Shown in pieces: positions 47,122-55,982 of a stretch of 64,000 bases of DNA. The notes below the pieces were generated by a model that saw nothing but the letters and a program-made list of their open reading frames with translations, was not told the DNA's origin and did not search any database. The position numbers and the translations under genes were made by a program. Where the stretch lies: the IMG/VR virus record IMGVR_UViG_3300023174_000037; one strand, 5' to 3'. Each line of letters starts with the position of its first letter. Within the stretch, counting starts at the first letter, position 1. Source of the DNA: a virus (lineage: Duplodnaviria; Caudoviricetes).

Positions 47122-48102
47122 TTAAATGTAGTTGAGTTTTTTTAATGCTGCCTGACAAAAGTCTGCGTATAGTTGATGTTGTTCGGGTCCAGGATGCCGA
47201 TTATCCGTTCCTAGGTCTTTGTAACAATCGGGTGAGTTGAAGTTTTTGTAGTTTATAAAGCTGTTGATATCGTGTAAATGTAATGCCAGTAAAGGAGAAG
47301 ATAATAATCCAAAAATTAATAGTTTTGCGTCAATTTTGTTACAAAAATTTACAAGTTGATGTATTCTAATGATTGATTGATAAAAACAGTTGTCGTCTGT
47401 AATTAGCCGATCTATGACATTAGTGGTTAAATTTGTAGAAGATAATTGGTGATTTTGATTTTGATGGGTTGAGGTAATGTGCCATACTTCGTTGTTGGTT
47501 GTCCAATACGGAAATCTAACTTCTTCAGTTGTGCCTAAAATAACAATGTCTCCGGTACGTATATCGGATCTAACAATTTGGTCTACGGCCCAAGCAATTG
47601 AAGAGCCGCCTGCGGTCAAAAACGACACAGGTAATCCTATACGATCTGCAATCAACTGTCCATATCTTTGAGCAGTATTGACTCCTACACCGTGTGACAC
47701 GCTACAGCCTGCTACCCACAATTGTGCTTGATTGCTACGTCGGCTGTCGACCAATTTGGTATATTTTTCAGACGAATACGCTGATAAATCTAAATTGCGA
47801 ACGTTATTTTTTTGTTGTCCAATGCTGAATAAAATAGATTCAATATAAATTTGATTTTTGTTGTTGTGCGGAACATAATAAATGTTGTCAGCCAGGTCAA
47901 ATAAACGATATATTACAAAGGTATCTTTAGATATTTTAGGTAAGTCGCCCAGCGATGTATACACAGTGACATTACCAGCAGGAGGATTATTCAAAAAATC
48001 AACATAATTAGAATGATCAATTAAAAATGCCTGTGGATCTACTGCTTGCGCCAGTTGGGCAAGATCACTATTGATATCTCCAAAGTATAAATTAATTGTC
48101 AT
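47122..48102 (-). CDS. SGNH/GDSL hydrolase-like protein
   Basis: VAGCSVSHGVG block I; GSSIAWA; DNRHPGPEQH (DxxH). Confidence 0.6.
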   Translation of the reverse strand: MTINLYFGDINSDLAQLAQAVDPQAFLIDHSNYVDFLNNPPAGNVTVYTSLGDLPKISKDTFVIYRLFDLADNIYYVPHNNKNQIYIESILFSIGQQKNNVRNLDLSAYSSEKYTKLVDSRRSNQAQLWVAGCSVSHGVGVNTAQRYGQLIADRIGLPVSFLTAGGSSIAWAVDQIVRSDIRTGDIVILGTTEEVRFPYWTTNNEVWHITSTHQNQNHQLSSTNLTTNVIDRLITDDNCFYQSIIRIHQLVNFCNKIDAKLLIFGLLSSPLLALHLHDINSFINYKNFNSPDCYKDLGTDNRHPGPEQHQLYADFCQAALKKLNYI

Positions 48103-48529
48103 GCAATTTTGTTTTTATATGACTACCGTGTATGCGACAAACAATTTGCCCATTGTAGTAGTCGTCTGATTCTAATACTCTATGATTGAACTGTTCTCTA
48201 GCTTCAATGTAACTGCATTCTGCTTTTGATTTGCAATAAAATAATATTTCTCTTGTGAAGTTGTCTGCGCCCAAGCGTTCGATGTCTTTGTTTAATTCAA
48301 TGTTGCTTCCATAGTATAGCTGCCAGTCTGAATCTATTTTACTTTTGATTTTCTTGCGTTTTTTGTTGCCGTTCTTTAATTTTACTACTCGATATGTTGT
48401 CTTACTAAATTTTGCTAATTTTTTGCCAATATACTTTCTGCCGGTTATGTTATTTGTGATCAAATAAACAAAACCAACACAGTCTTCGGGCAGAGTTTCA
48501 ATTTGGGTGTTTTCGTAAAGCCATACCAT
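48092..48529 (-). CDS. Minimal GIY-YIG (Seg-like) endonuclease
   Basis: GFVYLITN-x-ITGRKYIGKK, YYGS, FTREIL, E-x-x-EQF...YYNG; 145 aa, with a Lys-rich insert and no separate DNA-binding domain. Confidence 0.85.
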   Translation of the reverse strand: MVWLYENTQIETLPEDCVGFVYLITNNITGRKYIGKKLAKFSKTTYRVVKLKNGNKKRKKIKSKIDSDWQLYYGSNIELNKDIERLGADNFTREILFYCKSKAECSYIEAREQFNHRVLESDDYYNGQIVCRIHGSHIKTKLHDN

Positions 48530-48553
48530 GGACTTATAGTTATGATGTTCATG

Positions 48554-49333
48554 TCAAAATGTAATTTTTTCTATTAGAAATTTTGAAAACGCTTGATTGC
48601 TCAACGGTCCAGGGTGTTGATGGTCTAGCCCGGTATCTAGCATAAAATTCTGTTTGTATCCTTGGTATAGATTAATCCAATCAGCATTGGATAGGTTAAA
48701 CGTAGCATACTCGTTGTGAATTTTGTCATATAGGCCCCAGTATTCTACGTCATCTCTAGTATTGGCATTCAGTATTGATTGTGTATACTGAGTAGTGTCA
48801 GATGGTTGTGTATGAGGTAACTTTACAAAATAATTGTTGTCCCACGGAAGTAGTCCGTTGATAAAAAATGTTTTTGTATTAGTTAATCTGCTCAGGTTTA
48901 TGATTGTTTGTGAATACCGTAATACTTTTATAATTTCATAATGGTCGTGTAACAAATCAAAAAATCTATTTTTTATGTTGGCTAGATATTTTTTACTATA
49001 CTTCATGGTATGAAGGTTGATATCAACTAATTCTGTTGCTGGACTCCAATTTTGAGAAGTATTATACAATTCAACACCGGGATTGATTCGAAGTCTTGGA
49101 AATATGGTCCACACTACAAATAGATACTTGGGAGAATTAGTCAACGAATTTACCGCGTCTTGAAAAATTGTTTCGTTATTATTGCCACCTTCTGCCAGAT
49201 TAATCAGTGTAGTTAACTTTAACTCGGGTGTTGATTGATGCAATAGATTGACCCATAAATCTGGATCTGATTTTTCTTTAAATAATCCTTCGCCCTTGGT
49301 AAATGAACAACCAACAAAAACCGTAGTGTTCAT
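48554..49333 (-). CDS. SGNH/GDSL hydrolase-like protein
   Basis: FVGCSFTKG, GGNNNETIF, DHQHPGPLSN. Confidence 0.6.
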   Translation of the reverse strand: MNTTVFVGCSFTKGEGLFKEKSDPDLWVNLLHQSTPELKLTTLINLAEGGNNNETIFQDAVNSLTNSPKYLFVVWTIFPRLRINPGVELYNTSQNWSPATELVDINLHTMKYSKKYLANIKNRFFDLLHDHYEIIKVLRYSQTIINLSRLTNTKTFFINGLLPWDNNYFVKLPHTQPSDTTQYTQSILNANTRDDVEYWGLYDKIHNEYATFNLSNADWINLYQGYKQNFMLDTGLDHQHPGPLSNQAFSKFLIEKITF

Positions 49334-51096
49334 TAAGCAATCTCCACATCAGTATTGTAACTAGTGAAGCCACCTTCTTTAACCACTTTGAGAATGTTTT
49401 CAACACGCCCGGCCAACTCGTCTCTATGACTCACCAACCAAATACTCTTGTGTCGTTCACGACTCATTTGTTTTAGCAAGGCCAGGGCATTTTCAACACC
49501 CGACGTATCTAAGCCGTTGTCAATCATTTCGTCTATAAACAGGAGATTGATAGGTTGATACAAGCTCTCAAACACATCACGGAATGCCCACGACATACTT
49601 AGGATTAATCGATTACGCTCACCGCGGCTCAAGTTATCAAAGTCTAACTCTCTACCCAATTCTTCGATGCTGACAGTTAGGTCGTTTTGGAATACAACTA
49701 TGTGAGGCAAACCCACACGATCCAGGTAGTGTGTTAGTCTAGCGTTCAAATAGCTAAGATTCTGTTCAATAATCTTTTTACGAATAAACGAGTCTTTACT
49801 CGTGAGCAATTTGAGCAGAAAATCTTGATGTTCTTGCAACCTAGTAAGTTCGTTAAGTGTGTCATACGTTACTTCTTGTAAGGCTTGTTGTTGCATTTCT
49901 ATAATTTGTTCTGCATACGGGTCTGTTTCTGTTTGTTTTGTGGCAATTTGCTGTTCTAAGTTAGCCATAGTAGCCTGATGTTGAATAGCATCTGCTTCGT
50001 TGTCATAGAACATGGTAGGCGGTTTACCTAACGAGCCCAAGGATGTGTGGGCAGTCTCCAACTCTGATAACAGGGTGCTAAACTCTGCGCCACTCTGTTG
50101 AGCTGTTGCCAAGTCCGCCTGTTTTGCTTCCAATACTTGTTGGTGCTTAGTGTCGTGGAAAGCCTGTCCGCACGTATGACACTCATGATTCTCGAGCGTC
50201 TCAATTTCTTTTGATAATTTGGCCGCCAGCTTTTCTTCCCTACCGATGTCCATTTTGACACGAGAGATTTGTGTTGATAGCTCGTTGATGTCCTTGCGTT
50301 TCTGATCCCACTCCTTATGATCTTTGTGCGCTTGGATCTCCGTTTCAATTTGTATATTCTGTAACGCTTTAAGGGCTTTCTCAAGTTCTTTGATATCTTC
50401 GCCATTTTTGTTTGTCCACAATGTTTGTCTGCGTTTTAGTGCTTCAATCTGTTCTTCAATGCGTTTGTTGGCTTCTTGTTCGGCACGTATACGGAATTCT
50501 TCTTGCTGTATAGCATCTTTGGTTTGTTTATTGAGTTCTTTGATACGATCAGCACGTTCACTTAGTTGTGTAATACCCAATAACTGCTCGATGATTGTGC
50601 GTTGCTCATTGGCCTTTAAACTCAAAAAAGGTTCAGTATAGGTATTCAATGCTAGGATATGTCGAAACATGTCGTGACTGAGTCCTAACAGTTGTTCAAT
50701 GTTGTCCTGCGTTTCTCTGCTGTCGCCTTGCGAATTGTCTGTGATAGCCTGTTCTTCATTGTTGACAAAAAATCTCAACACATTTGGTTTGCGACCACGT
50801 TCAATTTTATAATTTTTACCACCTACACCAAAATCTAAACTGACCACCATGTTCTTACCGTTGGTCTTGTTTACAAGATTGTCCTTGCGAATGTTGCTGA
50901 GTGCTGTGCCATACAAAGCATAACTTAACGCATTGATAATTGTTGTTTTACCTGTGCCGTTGCGACTGCCATCGCCGCCTAGATCTAAGTTTTCGCCCAA
51001 TACCAGCGTAAGGTCTTTACGATCAAAATCAATGGCTTGAGTGCTGTTACCAACACTCATGAAATTTTTAACAGTTAGATTCTTTATATGGATCAT
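49333..51096 (-). CDS. gp46: Recombination endonuclease ATPase subunit (gp46 / SbcC-Rad50)
   Basis: Walker A NGTGKTT, Zn-hook CHTC, signature LSRGE, LLFIDE, VSHR. Confidence 0.95.
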   Translation of the reverse strand: MIHIKNLTVKNFMSVGNSTQAIDFDRKDLTLVLGENLDLGGDGSRNGTGKTTIINALSYALYGTALSNIRKDNLVNKTNGKNMVVSLDFGVGGKNYKIERGRKPNVLRFFVNNEEQAITDNSQGDSRETQDNIEQLLGLSHDMFRHILALNTYTEPFLSLKANEQRTIIEQLLGITQLSERADRIKELNKQTKDAIQQEEFRIRAEQEANKRIEEQIEALKRRQTLWTNKNGEDIKELEKALKALQNIQIETEIQAHKDHKEWDQKRKDINELSTQISRVKMDIGREEKLAAKLSKEIETLENHECHTCGQAFHDTKHQQVLEAKQADLATAQQSGAEFSTLLSELETAHTSLGSLGKPPTMFYDNEADAIQHQATMANLEQQIATKQTETDPYAEQIIEMQQQALQEVTYDTLNELTRLQEHQDFLLKLLTSKDSFIRKKIIEQNLSYLNARLTHYLDRVGLPHIVVFQNDLTVSIEELGRELDFDNLSRGERNRLILSMSWAFRDVFESLYQPINLLFIDEMIDNGLDTSGVENALALLKQMSRERHKSIWLVSHRDELAGRVENILKVVKEGGFTSYNTDVEIA

Positions 51097-52109
51097 AGGT
51101 TCTGATAGATTTTAAGCAATAACTTTGGATCATAAAACTCGCTTTCGATATTGGTCAATTGATCTGTGACAATTTGATCTACACTTTCAAATTTTACTTC
51201 TCCGGGTGCTAGGTCAATATCAATGTCTGTGCGCTTGCTAGGGATCAATGCCATCTCTCGCAAGTTGTGTTCTTTAACAAATGTATCTTTAATAAAGTTA
51301 GCTTCTTCGTAGCTGATATCAATGTCTAGTTCTACACGCACATGCATATTAGGTTTTAGTATGTTAGCACCGTTGTCAATAGCTTCACTCAGCTTCATTA
51401 CACGATACAAAGGTTGTCCTGGCCATGCAAAATATTGATCTTCACAGCCCCACTCTTTGATCATCATACCTCGTTTGTCATCGCCGGCATCGGCAAAGTT
51501 ATGCGGAAAGCAGTTGCCAATGTAGTTGATATTCTTTTTGTGTTGTCGCAAATGAAAGTGTCCACTGTATACACTCTCAATGCCGCTAAAGTTTTCTACT
51601 TTGAGCTCGCCGTGGTCGGGCATTTCTACCATGGCATTCATTTTAAAATGTGGCAGTTCAAAATGACCAAACATATATTTGGCACTCATCTTGGCCAACT
51701 TCTTATGATCATCTCCTACTAGCCATGGCGCAATAATAACATCGCCGTCTTTAAAAAAGTCATTGACAATGACAATGTTGGGAATGTGCTTGGCCCATTC
51801 CGTTGAATAGATATCACGTTTATCTCGATAGTATAAGTCGTGATTGCCAGGAATAAAGTAAAAGCGGTCAAATGCCTTGGACAATTTTTCTAGACTACGC
51901 AGGCTATACTGCAAGGTCTGCATGTTGATTGCGGCACGTTGATGGCTCCAATCGCCTAAAAACATACCGGTCTCGCATCCATTGGCTTTGGCAGTTTCAA
52001 TGAACCAGTCAATAAAATCACTACAGTCTTGGTTGTGTACCAGGCTGTTTGATTTAAGACCGAAATGAATGTCCGTGCATACAGCTACTTTTTTAAATAG
52101 ATTGGTCAT
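51093..52109 (-). CDS. gp47: Recombination endonuclease nuclease subunit (gp47 / SbcD-Mre11)
   Basis: TDIHFG, LGDW, GNHDLY, GHFE, SGHFH phosphoesterase motifs. Confidence 0.95.
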   Translation of the reverse strand: MTNLFKKVAVCTDIHFGLKSNSLVHNQDCSDFIDWFIETAKANGCETGMFLGDWSHQRAAINMQTLQYSLRSLEKLSKAFDRFYFIPGNHDLYYRDKRDIYSTEWAKHIPNIVIVNDFFKDGDVIIAPWLVGDDHKKLAKMSAKYMFGHFELPHFKMNAMVEMPDHGELKVENFSGIESVYSGHFHLRQHKKNINYIGNCFPHNFADAGDDKRGMMIKEWGCEDQYFAWPGQPLYRVMKLSEAIDNGANILKPNMHVRVELDIDISYEEANFIKDTFVKEHNLREMALIPSKRTDIDIDLAPGEVKFESVDQIVTDQLTNIESEFYDPKLLLKIYQNL

Positions 52110-52117
52110 AGATTAAC

Positions 52118-52146
52118 AGTATACAGTAGCAAAACAGATTTTGCAA
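52118..52146 (-). promoter_or_regulatory. Sigma70-type promoter TTGCAA-N17-TATACT for gp47/gp46
   Basis: Read directly; ATG 8 nt downstream. Confidence 0.65.
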
Positions 52147-52155
52147 TCAATTAGG

Positions 52156-53073
52156 TTAATTATTGTTGTTATATTCGGTAACGTCAATATTGGTGACCAC
52201 AGAACTTAAATTTTGATTCTTCTTACCAGCGTTCTGTCTAGTCCACGATGGATTCAATCCAGCCTGTTCCAACATGTCGTCACGTATGTTTTGATTTTTC
52301 TTTTCAAGATTCAAGATACGAGTAAAGCTATTAGTGATAGCGGCAGTATAATACGCAAAAGGGTTCTGCGATTTTGACTCATCGAATTGCAAGCCGATTT
52401 GACTGAGTTGTAACAGGGCTTGTCCGCGCATTTCTTCGTTGTATGTGTATCCACGCCAATTACTCCTTGTAGCATATCTTTCGCACAGTTTCATATACAT
52501 AGTGGCCAGGGTACGTGTGACTTGCCCATGGTCCTTGCTGAATTCTCCTGTTTCAAAATCACCAATCCAGTGACTCTTGCCCACTTGGAATGGTTGTTTG
52601 TTTTCATCTAGTCGATAGTGATAAAACGGAGGAAAGTTTAGTCTAACATGTTTGGGATCCAACACCGGAATATCAATCAATTCAGCCAATGGATCGTCTT
52701 CTTCGGGCATGTCCAGTTCAAAAATATCTTCAATTTTCTTCTTTTTTGCGGCGTTTTTAGATACTTTTTTGGGTGCCATCGGTATGTGTTCCCAGCAAGT
52801 AATACGGAAAACTAAGTCGGTATTTGCTATCTTTTTTGGGTCAACAATGACGCCTTCGCGCTTTAAACGGTCAGCACGATTGCGTCTAGCTTCAGCTACT
52901 GTGCGTTGATTGATCTTGGCCAGGCTGGGCAAAATAATGTCGTATTGATGATCATTAACAGGATCTGTATATGAGCAGTAGGTGTTTTTACTAAGGTGTA
53001 TTTGTTTTAGAATATCTCTGTTGTTGAGATAGTTGGTTTTTGCTGGGGTTCTTGGAACTAGTGATGTGGCCAC
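52156..53073 (-). CDS. gp55: Late-transcription sigma factor (T4 gp55-like)
   Basis: NYLNNRDIL; RSNWRGYTYNEEM; FDESKSQNPFAYYT; upstream of gp47/46 as in T4; GTG start with GGAG SD. Confidence 0.85.
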   Translation of the reverse strand: MATSLVPRTPAKTNYLNNRDILKQIHLSKNTYCSYTDPVNDHQYDIILPSLAKINQRTVAEARRNRADRLKREGVIVDPKKIANTDLVFRITCWEHIPMAPKKVSKNAAKKKKIEDIFELDMPEEDDPLAELIDIPVLDPKHVRLNFPPFYHYRLDENKQPFQVGKSHWIGDFETGEFSKDHGQVTRTLATMYMKLCERYATRSNWRGYTYNEEMRGQALLQLSQIGLQFDESKSQNPFAYYTAAITNSFTRILNLEKKNQNIRDDMLEQAGLNPSWTRQNAGKKNQNLSSVVTNIDVTEYNNNN

Positions 53074-53092
53074 AGGTGGGTCTCCTATAATA

Positions 53093-53125
53093 TATTTATT
53101 GTAACATAAAAACCACAGTTGTCAA
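53093..53125 (-). promoter_or_regulatory. Overlapping sigma70 (TTGACA-N16-TACAAT) and late (TAAATA) promoters of the gp55-like gene
   Basis: Minus strand reads TTGACAactgtggtttttatgtTACAATAAATA. Confidence 0.7.
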
Positions 53126-53168
53126 CCTTTTTATAAACTGCGCCTATTTTATTTTGGGTAAATACACG

Positions 53169-53549
53169 ATGCTGAATACAAACACACAATTAACCCCAGA
53201 TACTGTTACAAACAGCCCGGAACCTGTTGAAATTCCTGCCCGTGCAACTTTAGCAGATAAGGCTCAAATTAAACATATACACAGCGATGGTGTGTATATA
53301 AAGGCCTACCGAGTGCCAGCTGGATTAAAAATTTATTCCAAGCGATTCCCGGATGATCACGTGACTATACTAGGACAAGGCAGCGTAGTGGTAGAACATG
53401 GCGACGAAAACATAAAATTTGTAGCGCCTGCACATTTTGTGTTTGAAGCAATGACACGTTATACCATACACACGTTAGAAGATTCAGTCTGGTATTGTGT
53501 TCACGCAACAACCGAAACAGATCCAGCTACGTTAGCTGAACTGTATTAA
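53169..53549 (+). CDS. Cupin-fold protein
   Basis: HIHSDGVY...DHVTILGQGSV...APAHF...IHTLEDSVWYCVH; TAAATA 4 nt before the Met at 53169. Confidence 0.7.
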   Translation: MLNTNTQLTPDTVTNSPEPVEIPARATLADKAQIKHIHSDGVYIKAYRVPAGLKIYSKRFPDDHVTILGQGSVVVEHGDENIKFVAPAHFVFEAMTRYTIHTLEDSVWYCVHATTETDPATLAELY

Positions 53550-53567
53550 GCGTTTCAAGGACAGAGT

Positions 53568-55679
53568 ATGGGTGTTGAAGATTTAGCCGACGTAGCCACA
53601 GAAGCCTTTGATGTATCGTCAGAGATATTGTCCGACGGTGCAGAATTTTTGTCCGATGGTTTTGTTGATGGCTTTGACCAACTGCAAGAACAAGTTTTTG
53701 ATTTTGCTGGCGAAGCCGACTGGTTTGATGCCAACAGTTTTGGAGACATAACCAACCTCAGCTCTACAATAACAGACCTTGATCCCACTCTTGGTGGAGC
53801 ATTTACCGAAGTCAACGGTGTATTTGTCAGCACAGCTGATTTACAGGCCGAATCCTTAAGTAATGTTTTCAGCGGTGCCAAGGAAGCCCTTGGAATACCC
53901 ACTGAGCTTGGATCCGGCGCCAGTTTTGGCGGAGACCTTTTGACCAAAGCCGGGTCTGTTGCAGATGACTTTACAAGATCAATTGCTAAACAATTTACTC
54001 CAGCTAACATCAGTAAAACAGTAACAGATTTTGCTGTTCAACAAGGAAAACAAATAGTTGGTCAAGCAATTTCTCAGGCGGTACCTCCTTCTCTGCAACC
54101 GTATGCTAGTCGAGCAGTCAACACCGCTATAAATTCAGCCACAGCCGCGCCTGTGGCCGGCGGCCCTGGAACCGGTAATAGTGGATTTCTTAGTTCAATC
54201 CTAGGACCTTCAACAACTGGTCCTGCTGCCACTGTGCCAATTGGGCCAGCATATGATGACGAAGGTCGGTTGCAACTTGGGTGGACCGAACGAGAAGATG
54301 GAACTCCGGTATTCTTAGGAGGCGGATTCAATGACGCCACTGGGGAATATCTTGATAAAGCCGCACCAATATTTGATCCATACTATGGATTGAGTGATGC
54401 TCAATTACAAGCGTTGGGCAATGCTGACCCCACTGATCCTTACATTCGTGCTAGACTGGGTATACCACAATTACCTGATTCACCGTTAAACACTTCCAAT
54501 GCAGGTCTAACAAGTTTGCCTGGCGCAGTGGGAAATATATTTTCCAGCGCCACCACAGCAGGATCTAACTTAATCAAGTCACTTTTTCCAGGCGCCGCCA
54601 CAGCACCAGGAACCAGCAATGACCCTGCCGCAATAGCAGCTGCCGCTGCAGCTGCGGCTGCCGCCTCTGCAGTTAGATCACTTGCACCAGGAACAGTTAA
54701 TGATCCTGGACTAGCCACACCGCCACTTGATAGCGCCGCTCTTGCAATATTGGCATCACTTGCACCGGGTGAGTCGGCATTGATCAATGGCCAATTTATT
54801 TCAGCCGGATCTCCACAAGCACTGGCGTTGGCGGATGCAGCCTCTAGAGCTCAAGGCTTGCTAAGACAAGCACAAAATCAGCAAACAGCAAGAATTCAAG
54901 CCAACAACAATGCAGCCACTGGTGATTGGCGTGTGCGGTTGCAGTTGGCTGACTCATCTGACTATTTGTATAACGCATCTGATTGTGGTCCAATACTTTG
55001 GCCTTTGCGTGACACCAACGGAGTTATATTCCCATACACTCCTAACATAGACACTGCATACAAGGCCAACTATTCCACATATGATCTTACACATTCAAAC
55101 TATCGTGGTTATTTTTATCAAAACAGTTACATAGATGGAATCAATATCAAAGCCACATTTACCGCGCAAGACAGTGCTGAAGCCAATTACCTTTTGGCAG
55201 TGATACACTTTTTTAGATCAGTTACCAAAATGTTCTACGGCCAAGACGCACAACGCGGAACGCCACCACCATTGGTATTTTTAAGTGGCCTAGGGGATTT
55301 TCAATTTAATAAACATCCGTGCCTAGTATCACAGTTCAATTACAACTTGCCTGCAGATGTCAACTACATTCGTGCTCAAAGCACATTAAGCAACGGTGGT
55401 AACCAGTTGGCAGCTCGTACTAGACAAACAACTCGGGTCAATACAATATCCAGCACCATTGCCAGACTGGCCAGTCTTGGCACCGCATTACGTCCTGGTG
55501 CAGTAACAGCACCGTTTGCACCACAAGGCAGTTTGGCTGCCGGTAACCCTACCTATGTTCCTACCAAAATGGAAATAAGTCTTGTTTTACTACCAGTGCA
55601 GACTCGCAGTCAGGTCAGCCAACAATTTAGTGTCAAAGGATTTGCCAATGGTAACTTACTCAAAGGAGGATTTTGGTAA
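53568..55679 (+). CDS. Baseplate tube-initiator-like protein (gp48/gp54 or CIS-tube-like C-domain) with long low-complexity N-terminus
   Basis: C-terminal GVIFPYTP...ATFTAQ...HFFRSVTKMFYG...PPPLVFLSGLG...YNLPADVNY. Confidence 0.7.
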   Translation: MGVEDLADVATEAFDVSSEILSDGAEFLSDGFVDGFDQLQEQVFDFAGEADWFDANSFGDITNLSSTITDLDPTLGGAFTEVNGVFVSTADLQAESLSNVFSGAKEALGIPTELGSGASFGGDLLTKAGSVADDFTRSIAKQFTPANISKTVTDFAVQQGKQIVGQAISQAVPPSLQPYASRAVNTAINSATAAPVAGGPGTGNSGFLSSILGPSTTGPAATVPIGPAYDDEGRLQLGWTEREDGTPVFLGGGFNDATGEYLDKAAPIFDPYYGLSDAQLQALGNADPTDPYIRARLGIPQLPDSPLNTSNAGLTSLPGAVGNIFSSATTAGSNLIKSLFPGAATAPGTSNDPAAIAAAAAAAAAASAVRSLAPGTVNDPGLATPPLDSAALAILASLAPGESALINGQFISAGSPQALALADAASRAQGLLRQAQNQQTARIQANNNAATGDWRVRLQLADSSDYLYNASDCGPILWPLRDTNGVIFPYTPNIDTAYKANYSTYDLTHSNYRGYFYQNSYIDGINIKATFTAQDSAEANYLLAVIHFFRSVTKMFYGQDAQRGTPPPLVFLSGLGDFQFNKHPCLVSQFNYNLPADVNYIRAQSTLSNGGNQLAARTRQTTRVNTISSTIARLASLGTALRPGAVTAPFAPQGSLAAGNPTYVPTKMEISLVLLPVQTRSQVSQQFSVKGFANGNLLKGGFW

Positions 55680-55981
55680 TGGCCAATACATACGATTCGA
55701 CCAGTCCTTATTTTACCACGGGCTATACACAATTTTATCTTAATCCAATGGTCAATAGGCCTATACCAAAACTGCCGGACGATCAGCAGATGGTAATAAA
55801 TTTGACCTATCAATACAGGCCAGACTTATTGGCACTTGACTTGTATCAAACGCCAACCTTGTGGTGGGTATTTTATCAACGCAATCCTAACACGCTACAA
55901 GCACCGCCACTGGATTTCAAAGCAGGAACTACCATTTATCTTCCTACAATAAACACACTGCGCGACACATTAGGATTCTAA
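55679..55981 (+). CDS. Baseplate wedge LysM-like protein (gp53-like)
   Basis: YQYRPDLLA-x-DLY-x-x-P-x-LWWVF-x-x-RN...F-x-AGTTIYLP. Confidence 0.8.
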   Translation: MANTYDSTSPYFTTGYTQFYLNPMVNRPIPKLPDDQQMVINLTYQYRPDLLALDLYQTPTLWWVFYQRNPNTLQAPPLDFKAGTTIYLPTINTLRDTLGF

Positions 55982-55982
55982 C

